Assembly: GCA_947628285.1 (NCBI GenBank)
Contig: CANQZK010000001.1
Span: forward strand, 1 to 51,775
Length of the DNA stretch: 51,775 nucleotides
Reading direction: 5' to 3'
DNA from: an uncultured Muribaculaceae bacterium
Lineage (GTDB): Bacteria > Bacteroidota > Bacteroidia > Bacteroidales > Muribaculaceae
The notes under the pieces were generated by a model. The model worked only from the letters and a program-made list of their open reading frames with translations, made no database searches and was not told where the DNA came from. The position numbers were made by a program, and so were the translations under genes. Shown piece after piece: positions 9,145-16,705 of the stretch (the first letter of the stretch is position 1; each line of letters begins with the position of its first letter).

Positions 9145-10065
9145 ATGAAACTCGGCCAACAGACCCCCTACCCCGTGCTCCGCGCCCGCTATCAGGCGTA
9201 TCTGCTGTTGGAACGCGGATTGTCCGAAAACTCGCGCGAGGCATATCTGCGCGACGTCGACCGCCTGGAAACCTGGCTGCGCGAGGAAGGCGTCGACTTC
9301 CACTGCGTGACCCTTGACCGCCTGGAGAGCTTCATCGCCGCCGTCTATGACCTGGGCATTGCGCCCCGCTCCGTGGCGCGCCTCATTTCAGGCATCAAAT
9401 CCTTTTTCCGCTTCCTCAAGCTCGAGGGCGTGTGCGACGACAACCCTACCCTGCTGCTTGACGCCCCCCATATAGGCCGCCACCTGCCCGAGGTGCTCAC
9501 CGTGGACGAAATCGACGCCATGATAGCCGCCATCCCCGACGGCCCCACGGCCCTGCGCAACCATGCCATAATAGAGATGATGTACGGTTGCGGGCTGCGC
9601 GTCAGCGAGCTCTGCGCCCTGGAATTCTCGCGCCTGGACCTTGAACACCGCGTGGCTCTCATCACCGGCAAGGGCGACAAACAGCGCCTTGTGCCCATGT
9701 CCGACGCCGCCGTGGATTGGCTTGGCCGCTACGCCGAGGAGCGCGCCGGCGGCCGCATCAAGGCCGGCGAGGAGAACATAGTATTCCTCAACGTGCGCGG
9801 CAGCCGCCTGACCCGCCAGATGATATTCATCATCCTGCGCGACCTTGCCGAGGCCGCCGGAATCAAGAAAGTCATATCGCCGCACACCCTGCGGCACTCC
9901 TTCGCCACCCACCTGTTGGAAGGCGGCGCCAACCTGCGCGCCATCCAACAGATGTTAGGCCACGAAAGCATCGCCACCACCGAGATGTACCTCCACCTCG
10001 ACGCCGGCCGCCTGCGCGACGAAATCCTCTCCCACCACCCCCGCAACCGCCACAACCCGGCATAG
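9145..10065 (+). CDS. xerD: Site-specific tyrosine recombinase XerD
   Basis: ERGLSENSREAYLRD, YGCGLRVSEL, GKGDKQRLVP, SPHTLRHSFATHLLEGGANLRAIQQMLGHESIATTEMY (R-K-H-R-H-Y intact). Confidence 0.9.
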   Translation: MKLGQQTPYPVLRARYQAYLLLERGLSENSREAYLRDVDRLETWLREEGVDFHCVTLDRLESFIAAVYDLGIAPRSVARLISGIKSFFRFLKLEGVCDDNPTLLLDAPHIGRHLPEVLTVDEIDAMIAAIPDGPTALRNHAIIEMMYGCGLRVSELCALEFSRLDLEHRVALITGKGDKQRLVPMSDAAVDWLGRYAEERAGGRIKAGEENIVFLNVRGSRLTRQMIFIILRDLAEAAGIKKVISPHTLRHSFATHLLEGGANLRAIQQMLGHESIATTEMYLHLDAGRLRDEILSHHPRNRHNPA

Positions 10066-10184
10066 TTTTCTCTGTAAAGAAAAGAAATCACCCATTTTCT
10101 TTCTCTGTAAAGAAAAGAAATTGCGGATTTTCTTTCTCTGGAGAGAAAAGAAATGGTGGATTTTCTTTCTCTGGAGAGAAAAAT
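10066..10184. repeat. Tandem array of about 4 imperfect palindromes (28-bp unit + 5-bp spacer, 33-bp period)
   Basis: Unit ATTTTCTTTCTCTG(T/G)A(A/G)AGAAAAGAAAT starting at 10094, 10127 and 10160 (last copy degenerate at its end), plus a left-truncated copy at 10066; spacers CACCC, TGCGG, GGTGG. Confidence 0.9.
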
Positions 10185-10234
10185 TTTGTAACCAATGGCC
10201 GGCCAAGGGTGTTTTTGTTGTGGTTTTTTTCCGC

Positions 10235-10384
10235 GGGCTAAAGCCCAAGGGTGTTGCTGTAACGGCCCCATTCAGGGCTTGCAACCCGGCAAAGTAAGTG
10301 TGTAAACATCTGAATGTTTGCGTATTACGTCGCCGGCGCTATGTGTAGCGCCGCTACGGTCGCTATTTGCATGCCCCGGGGCAT
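10235..10384. repeat. Cluster of short REP-like hairpins
   Basis: GGGCTAAAGCCC (10235-10246), GCCC-CATTCA-GGGC (10265-10278), CGGCGCTA-TGTG-TAGCGCCG (10334-10353), palindrome ATGCCCCGGGGCAT (10371-10384). Confidence 0.5.
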
Positions 10385-10833
10385 TATCGTTCCGGCGGGT
10401 AGAGGGTGTTGAGCTGGTGCAGGGGTTGGAGGACGAAGGACCGCAGGTGCATGCGCGGATGGGGGAGCTGCAGGCGGGGGTTGTCGAGGTGCAGGGAGTC
10501 CATGTCGATGATGTCGATGTCCAGGCGGCGGTCGGTGTAGTTGCCGTTGGCGTCGCGGTGTGCGTTGTCCGCGCCGCCGCCCAGGGCCTCGACGCGTTGG
10601 GTGCGGTTGAGTACCTGCAGCGGGTCGAGCGGGTTCTCCGGGGTCAGCACGAGCACGCCGCGGTTGAGGAAGGGGTTGGGCGATTCGTAGCCCCAGGGGG
10701 CGGATTCGACGTAATCGGACAGCAGCAGGCGCGCGCCGGGGAATTGCTTTGCAAGCAGGGCGACCGCCCGGCCTATGATGGCCCGGCGGTCGCCCCGGTT
10801 GGAACCTATGTTAAGGTGTATGCGATGCATCAA
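10384..10833 (-). CDS. folK: 2-amino-4-hydroxy-6-hydroxymethyldihydropteridine pyrophosphokinase
   Basis: [46 protein letters not shown]; start overlaps the infB stop (ATGA). Confidence 0.93.
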   Translation of the reverse strand: MMHRIHLNIGSNRGDRRAIIGRAVALLAKQFPGARLLLSDYVESAPWGYESPNPFLNRGVLVLTPENPLDPLQVLNRTQRVEALGGGADNAHRDANGNYTDRRLDIDIIDMDSLHLDNPRLQLPHPRMHLRSFVLQPLHQLNTLYPPER

Positions 10834-13748
10834 ATGGATGTGCGGGCCACTTCGACTTCCTCGAAGCCTTCGACGATGTCGCCGACCTTGATGTCGTTGT
10901 AACCGCTGATGGACAGACCGCAGTCGTAGCCTGAGGTGACCTCGCGGGCGTCGTCCTTGAAGCGCTTGAGCGAGCCCAGCTCGCCGGTGTAGCGGACGAT
11001 ACCGTCGCGTATGAGGCGCACGCGGGAGCCGCGTTTGATCTTGCCTTCGCGGACGATGGCGCCGGCGATGGTGCCCACCTTGCTGATGTGGTAGGTCTCC
11101 AGCACCTCGGCCGAACCGGTGATTTCCTCCTTGATTTCGGGGGCGAGCATACCGGCCATGGCGTCCTTGACTTCCTCGATTGCCTGATAGATGACGGAGT
11201 AGAGGCGGATCTGTACGCCCTTGGCCTCGGCCATGCGGCGTGCGGCGATGGAGGAACGCACCTGGAAGCCTACGATGATGGTGTGGTCGTCGGCCGACGC
11301 CAGTACGACGTCGCTCTCGGAGATTTCGCCCACGGCTTTGTGGATGACGTTGATCTGGATTTCCTCGGTGCTGAGCTTGATGAGCGAGTCGGACAGGGCC
11401 TCGATTGAGCCGTCGACGTCGCCCTTGACGATGATGTTGAGCTCATGGAAGTTGCCGATGGCGCGGCGGCGGGCGATCTCCTCGAGTGTGAGGCCCACCT
11501 GGGTGCGCAGACCTTGTTCGCGCTGCAGCTGTTCGCGCTTGGTGGCGATTTCGCGGGCTTCCTGTTCGGTTTCCATCACGTTGAAGGTATCGCCGGCCTG
11601 GGGAGCGCCGTTGAGGCCCAGGATGAGGGCCGGGGTGGCGGGGCCTGCCTCGGTGATGCGCTGGTTGCGTTCGTTGAACATGGCCTTGATGCGGCCGAAG
11701 TTGTTGCCGGCCAGCACGATGTCGCCGATGCGCAGGGTGCCGTTCTGCACCAGCACGTTGGCTACGTAGCCGCGGCCCTTGTCGAGCGACGACTCGATGA
11801 TGGTGCCGACGGCGCGGCGCGCGGGGTTGGCCTTGAGCTCGAGCAGCTCGGCTTCGAGCAGCACCTTCTCCATCAGCTCGGACACGCCTATGCCTTTCTT
11901 GGCCGAGATGTCCTGCGACTGGTACTTGCCGCCCCACTCTTCCACCAGGTAGTTCATGGCGGCCAGCTCCTCCTTAATCTTGTCGGGGTTGGCGTGGGGT
12001 TTGTCTATCTTGTTGATGGCGAATACGATGGGCACGCCGGCGGCGGCAGCGTGGTTGATGGCCTCGACGGTCTGGGGCATGACGTTGTCGTCGGCTGCCA
12101 CGATGATGATACAGAGGTCAGTCACCTTGGCGCCGCGGGCACGCATGGCCGTGAAGGCTTCGTGGCCGGGGGTATCCAGGAAGGTGATGTGGCGGCCGTC
12201 AGACAGCGTGACGCTGTATGAGCCGATGTGCTGTGTGATGCCGCCGGCCTCGCCTGCGATGACGTTGGACTTGCGGATGTAGTCAAGCAGCGATGTCTTG
12301 CCGTGGTCCACGTGGCCCATGACGGTGACGATGGGCGGACGCGGAACAAGGTCTTCCTCCGAATCGTCCTCCTGGTGAATGGCGTCGGCCACCTCCGCCG
12401 ACACGTATTCAGTGGTGAAGCCGAATTCGTCGGCGACAATGTTGATGGTCTCGGCATCGAGGCGCTGGTTGATTGACACCATCACGCCCAGGTTCATACA
12501 GGTGGCGATGACCTGGTTGATGGGCACGTTCATCATGATTGCCAGGTCATTGGCGGTCACGAATTCGGTGAGTTTCAGTATGGTGTTGCCCTGAGCTTCG
12601 GCGGCTGCGCTCTCGCGCTGGCGTTCGGCTGCGGTCTCGCGCTTCTCCTTACGCCACTTGGCGCCCTTCTTGAGGCCCTTGTCCTTGGCGGTGAGGCGTG
12701 CCAGTGTCTCCTTGACCTGCTTCTGTACGTCCTCGTCGGATACTTCGGGGGTTACGGGGCGGCGGCTCTTGGGAGCCTCGGAGGCGCGCTTGGAGCGGCC
12801 CTGGTCGCCGCGGCGCTGTCCGCCACGGCCTTCCTGGCCCTGGCCTTGACCCTGGTTCTCGGCCTGACGGACGGCCTTTTCTACGTCGACCTTCTGGCCG
12901 GAGATGCGCTTGCGCTTCTTGCGGTCGCCCTGTGCCCCACCCTGGCCCTGGCCTTGGGCAGCGCTCTTGCGGCGTTCTTCCTTGGACTTCTTTTTGGGAC
13001 GGGTGGTCTGGTTGATGGAGTCCAAGTCAATCTTGCCCACGATGTTGAGCGACACGGCGGCCTTGGGCGTGGACGGCGAGAAGATTTCGGGCTCGGTCGA
13101 TGCGGGTTTCTCGGCGGGTTTCTCGGGCTCGGCGGCGGCAGCCGGTGCGGGCTTGGCGGCGGGCTTTTCGGCCGGTTTTTCAACGGGCTTGGCGGCCTGT
13201 GGAGCTGCCTTGGCGGGCTGTTCGGCTGCTTTGGGCTGCTCGGGCTTGGGCTCTGTTTTGGTCTCGGGCTTGACCTTCGGGACGGGTTTTACCTCGGCTT
13301 TGGGCTCGGACTTGGCCTCGACGGCGGCCTCGGGCTTGACCTCGGGGGCTGCAGCGGGCTTTACCTCTGCTTTGGGCTCGGGCTTGGCCTCAACGGCGGG
13401 TGCGGGCTTGGCTTCCGGCTCGACTACGGGAGCGCCGGTGGTCAGGTCGATTTTGCCCAGGATTTTGGGCTTGCGGGTGGCGGGGATGTCCACCTCTACC
13501 GGCTCTGCGGGACGCGGGGCTGTGGTTTTGGCACGTTCGCTGCGGCGGTCTGAGCTGAATTGGTCCGAACGGCTTTTTTGTTCCCTGTCGGGCTTGAATT
13601 TGCTTACGAGCATCTGTACGACGTCCTCATCCACACGGGTATTGGGGTTTTCGTCGATGCTGATGCCTTTGTCGCGCAAGTAACTTATCACCGTGGGGAG
13701 GGCCACGTTAAGTTCCTTGGCAAGGGTGCTGATTTTTGTTTTGGGCAT
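10830..13748 (-). CDS. infB: Translation initiation factor IF-2
   Basis: [53 protein letters not shown]; start at MPKTKIS (13748); Pro/Ala/Lys/Glu-rich linker. Confidence 0.97.
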   Translation of the reverse strand: MPKTKISTLAKELNVALPTVISYLRDKGISIDENPNTRVDEDVVQMLVSKFKPDREQKSRSDQFSSDRRSERAKTTAPRPAEPVEVDIPATRKPKILGKIDLTTGAPVVEPEAKPAPAVEAKPEPKAEVKPAAAPEVKPEAAVEAKSEPKAEVKPVPKVKPETKTEPKPEQPKAAEQPAKAAPQAAKPVEKPAEKPAAKPAPAAAAEPEKPAEKPASTEPEIFSPSTPKAAVSLNIVGKIDLDSINQTTRPKKKSKEERRKSAAQGQGQGGAQGDRKKRKRISGQKVDVEKAVRQAENQGQGQGQEGRGGQRRGDQGRSKRASEAPKSRRPVTPEVSDEDVQKQVKETLARLTAKDKGLKKGAKWRKEKRETAAERQRESAAAEAQGNTILKLTEFVTANDLAIMMNVPINQVIATCMNLGVMVSINQRLDAETINIVADEFGFTTEYVSAEVADAIHQEDDSEEDLVPRPPIVTVMGHVDHGKTSLLDYIRKSNVIAGEAGGITQHIGSYSVTLSDGRHITFLDTPGHEAFTAMRARGAKVTDLCIIIVAADDNVMPQTVEAINHAAAAGVPIVFAINKIDKPHANPDKIKEELAAMNYLVEEWGGKYQSQDISAKKGIGVSELMEKVLLEAELLELKANPARRAVGTIIESSLDKGRGYVANVLVQNGTLRIGDIVLAGNNFGRIKAMFNERNQRITEAGPATPALILGLNGAPQAGDTFNVMETEQEAREIATKREQLQREQGLRTQVGLTLEEIARRRAIGNFHELNIIVKGDVDGSIEALSDSLIKLSTEEIQINVIHKAVGEISESDVVLASADDHTIIVGFQVRSSIAARRMAEAKGVQIRLYSVIYQAIEEVKDAMAGMLAPEIKEEITGSAEVLETYHISKVGTIAGAIVREGKIKRGSRVRLIRDGIVRYTGELGSLKRFKDDAREVTSGYDCGLSISGYNDIKVGDIVEGFEEVEVARTSI

Positions 13749-14070
13749 ATATCGTTTTGTTTTTTTCAGTGAATAAAAAGCCGCCGGTGCGGATGTTGTG
13801 TGGGGAGTGAAATGAGTCAATCCCCGAATTAGTGGCCGGGGCAGTTTCGCTCGGTTCTATTGTTTCGGTTGGCCGCGGAGCCGTGGTATGGGTACGTTCT
13901 CTGCCGTAGTCAGGACTGAATTTGCTTACGAGCATCTGCACTGCCACCTCGTCCACACGAGTGTTTGGGTTATCGTCGACGTCTATGCCATTGTCTCGCA
14001 AGAAACTTGCCACTGTGGTGACGGCCAGGTTAAATTCTTTGGCAAGTCTGCCCAGTTTTTGTCTTGACAT
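13708..14070 (-). CDS. Stand-alone IF2 N-terminal domain paralog (120 aa)
   Basis: First 54 aa are 35/54 identical to the IF-2 N-terminus ([33 protein letters not shown]), plus a shared TTAPRP; ATG start; tail overlaps the infB start in another frame. Confidence 0.7.
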   Translation of the reverse strand: MSRQKLGRLAKEFNLAVTTVASFLRDNGIDVDDNPNTRVDEVAVQMLVSKFSPDYGRERTHTTAPRPTETIEPSETAPATNSGIDSFHSPHNIRTGGFLFTEKNKTIYAQNKNQHPCQGT

Positions 14071-14118
14071 AGCGTTTCAGTAATTACAAAGCCGGGGAGC
14101 GGATGCTGCGGAGGGGTA

Positions 14119-15378
14119 TCAGTCCTCGAATTCGGCGCTCAGGATGCGGATGATGTTGTCGACGGTGTCCTCTTCCAGGTCGGCCTTCTCGATGAGGACC
14201 TCGCGGGGTGTGCGCAGCACGCTCTTGGCGGTGATGCAGCCCATGTTCTTGAGGGCGTCGATGATCCACTCGTCGATTTCGTCCTTGAATTCGTCCAGGT
14301 AGATGTCTTCCTCGACGGATTCCTCGTCAGTATCGCGGTAAACGTCTATGACGTAGCCGGTAAGCATCGAGGCCAACTTGATGTTGAGGCCGTTTTTGCC
14401 GATGGCCAGCGATACCTGGTCGGGACGCAGGATAACCTCGGCCTTCTTCTCGTCCTCGTCGATGCGGATTGAAGTGATGCGGGTGGGCGAGAGGGCGCGC
14501 TGGATGAACAGCGAGGGGTTGGAGGTGTAGCTGATGACATCGATGTTCTCGTTGCGCAGCTCGTGAACGATGCCGTGGATGCGCGAGCCCTTTACGCCTA
14601 CGCATGCGCCTACGGGGTCGATGCGGTCGTCATAGCTCTCGACGGCAATCTTGGCGCGTTCGCCGGGGATGCGGGCCACGGCGCGGATGTTGATGAGGCC
14701 GTCGTGGATTTCGGGCACTTCCAGCTCGAACAGGCGGCGCAGGAAGGCCTCGCTGGTGCGGGATACGGTGATCTTGGGGTTGTTGTTCTTGTTGTCGACG
14801 TTGGCTACTACGGCGCGGACGGTCTCGCCCTTGCGGAAGAAGTCGCCGGGGATTGACTCGCTCTTGGGCAGGAGCAGCTCGTTCTTGTCGTCGTCAAGCA
14901 GGAGGGTCTCGCGCGACCATGTCTGGTATACCTCGCCGCTGACCAGTTCGCCTTCCAGTTCCTTGAACTTGTCGTAGACGGCGGCTTTCTGCAGGTCAAG
15001 AATCTTGGACTGCAGAGTCTGGCGCAGTGTGAGGATGGCGCGGCGGCCGAATTTCTCAAAGAATATCTCCTTGGTGTGCTCCTCGCCCACCTCGGCCTCG
15101 GGGTCGTCGTCGGCTCGGGCGTCGCTGAGCGAAATCTGCAGGTTAGGGTCTTCAACCTCGCCGTCGGGCACGACCTGCAGGTTCTGGAAAATCTGCACAT
15201 CGCCCTTGTCGGGGTTGAGGATTACGTCGAGGTTCTCGTCGGTGCCGAACATCTTGGCCAGCACGTTGCGGAAGGATTCCTCGAGGACGCTGATCATGGT
15301 CGTCTTGTCGATGTTTTTGAGCTCTTTGAACTCGGCGAACTGCTCGACCATATTGGGGGTAGCCTCTTTCTTAGCCAT
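14119..15378 (-). CDS. nusA: Transcription termination/antitermination factor NusA
   Basis: FGRRAI, S1 domain, LFELEVPEI, ARIPGERAKIAV, IDPVGACVGVKGSRI, AIGKNGLNIKLA. Confidence 0.97.
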   Translation of the reverse strand: MAKKEATPNMVEQFAEFKELKNIDKTTMISVLEESFRNVLAKMFGTDENLDVILNPDKGDVQIFQNLQVVPDGEVEDPNLQISLSDARADDDPEAEVGEEHTKEIFFEKFGRRAILTLRQTLQSKILDLQKAAVYDKFKELEGELVSGEVYQTWSRETLLLDDDKNELLLPKSESIPGDFFRKGETVRAVVANVDNKNNNPKITVSRTSEAFLRRLFELEVPEIHDGLINIRAVARIPGERAKIAVESYDDRIDPVGACVGVKGSRIHGIVHELRNENIDVISYTSNPSLFIQRALSPTRITSIRIDEDEKKAEVILRPDQVSLAIGKNGLNIKLASMLTGYVIDVYRDTDEESVEEDIYLDEFKDEIDEWIIDALKNMGCITAKSVLRTPREVLIEKADLEEDTVDNIIRILSAEFED

Positions 15379-15402
15379 TGTAATGGAGTAGGGGATATGT
15401 GG

Positions 15403-15873
15403 TTATTTGAAATTGATTACGTATTGAACCGAGCGGCATGCGTCGGGGCTGAATGTCTGCTCCTGCATCTGGGTGACAGGACGCTTGGCGCCTTCGGGGC
15501 GGACTTTGACGGGCACGCTCAGGGTGAAATCGCCGTTATCGGCCACGGTCTCCAGGATGCCGCGCACTTTGCGGCCGTCCTTGGTCAGGACTTCCACCTC
15601 GTTGCCAATGTTCTTCAGATACTGGCCGCGCACCTTGAAGGGGGCGGTTAGGCCGGCCGAGCCGACTTCGAGGGAGTAGTCCTCGGCGTCGCGGTCGAAT
15701 TTTTCCTCGATTTTGCGGGTAATATCGGCGCAGGTGTCAATGTCCAGGCCGCGGGGCGAGTCAAGCTCGACGGTGATGTCGTTTGACGGAGTCACGCGGA
15801 TGTCGACAACAAAGATGTCCGTGCCGGCGATTGCGGCATTAACGGTATCAGTGAGGAGTGTTTTGTCAATCAT
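15403..15873 (-). CDS. rimP: Ribosome maturation factor RimP
   Basis: ELDSPRGLDIDTC, DYSLEVGSAGLTAPF; first gene of the rimP-nusA-infB operon. Confidence 0.93.
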   Translation of the reverse strand: MIDKTLLTDTVNAAIAGTDIFVVDIRVTPSNDITVELDSPRGLDIDTCADITRKIEEKFDRDAEDYSLEVGSAGLTAPFKVRGQYLKNIGNEVEVLTKDGRKVRGILETVADNGDFTLSVPVKVRPEGAKRPVTQMQEQTFSPDACRSVQYVINFK

Positions 15874-15884
15874 GTCGTTTTCTT

Positions 15885-15917
15885 AAATAAAAGGAGGAAG
15901 CCCGGCGGGCCTCCTCC
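15885..15917 (-). terminator. Terminator-like hairpin in the rimP 5' leader (rimP-leader attenuator candidate)
   Basis: Minus strand GGAGGAGGCCCG-C-CGGGCTTCCTCC followed by TTTTATTT, between the promoter and the rimP start. Confidence 0.7.
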
Positions 15918-15933
15918 ATCTCGTGAAGTTGCA

Positions 15934-15965
15934 CAAAGGTACTACATTATTTGACGTTTTGCAAA
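15934..15965 (-). promoter_or_regulatory. Bacteroidetes sigma-A promoter of the rimP operon
   Basis: TTTG (15965-15962), N20, TACCTTTG (15941-15934). Confidence 0.75.
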
Positions 15966-16029
15966 TTTCCTTGCGAAAATGCCCAGTGATTAAAGAAAAT
16001 TTAATGAAATATTAGATAATTTAACTACC

Positions 16030-16689
16030 TTAGCTCTTATCCGCTACCAGACTGATTATCTCGTCGGGGCTTTGGATTATATGGTCAGCGTAGGCGGCGG
16101 TGAGCTCGCGCACGCTGCGGAAACCCCAGCTGACGCCTACGGATTCGATGCAGGCGCGGCGGGCGGTCTCGATGTCTACGGCGGAATCGCCCACGTAGAG
16201 GGTCTCGGCCTTTGGGGTGGGGCACTCACCCAGGATGCGGAACACTATCGACGGGTCCGGCTTGCGGGGCACGCCGTCGACGCTGCCGCATACGGCCGCG
16301 AAGCTGATGTCGCCGAAGAAGTGCTCTATCAGCCGGCGAGTTGCCTCCTCGTATTTGTTTGACGCCACGGCCATGTTGACGCTACGGGCGGTCAGGGCGC
16401 CCAGCAGCTCGGGGATGCCGGGGTAGGGCAGTGTGGTGTCGCACAGGTGCTCGTCATAGTAGGCGCGGAAGTCGGTGAGCAGACGGTCCACGGTGCGGTC
16501 GTCGCGGTGCTCGGCGGGCAGAGCGCGCTCAATGAGCTTGCGCACGCCGTTGCCCACCATCATGGGGTAGGATTCGCCCGGATGGGTAGGGAAGTCGTTG
16601 ACAGCCAGGGCATGGTTGGCCGCGTTGCCCAGGTCGGAGATGGTGTTGAGCAGGGTGCCGTCGAGGTCGAAGATTACTAATTTTTTCAT
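16030..16689 (-). CDS. HAD-family hydrolase (phosphoglycolate phosphatase-like)
   Basis: FDLDGTLLNT, VASNK, KPDP, YVGDSAVD, GVSWGFR. Confidence 0.9.
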   Translation of the reverse strand: MKKLVIFDLDGTLLNTISDLGNAANHALAVNDFPTHPGESYPMMVGNGVRKLIERALPAEHRDDRTVDRLLTDFRAYYDEHLCDTTLPYPGIPELLGALTARSVNMAVASNKYEEATRRLIEHFFGDISFAAVCGSVDGVPRKPDPSIVFRILGECPTPKAETLYVGDSAVDIETARRACIESVGVSWGFRSVRELTAAYADHIIQSPDEIISLVADKS

Positions 16690-16705
16690 GTCGGTCAGGG
16701 AGAGT

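Noticed and set aside
9145-10065. Integrase of a genomic island
   Set aside because: Typical XerD length and motifs, housekeeping neighbours, no tRNA, att repeat or cargo genes.
10066-10184. CRISPR array
   Set aside because: Spacers are only 5 bp, repeats vary in pairs and there are no cas genes; kept as an unexplained repeat array.
13090-13430. Repeats within infB ([10 protein letters not shown]-like)
   Set aside because: An ordinary low-complexity IF2 linker.
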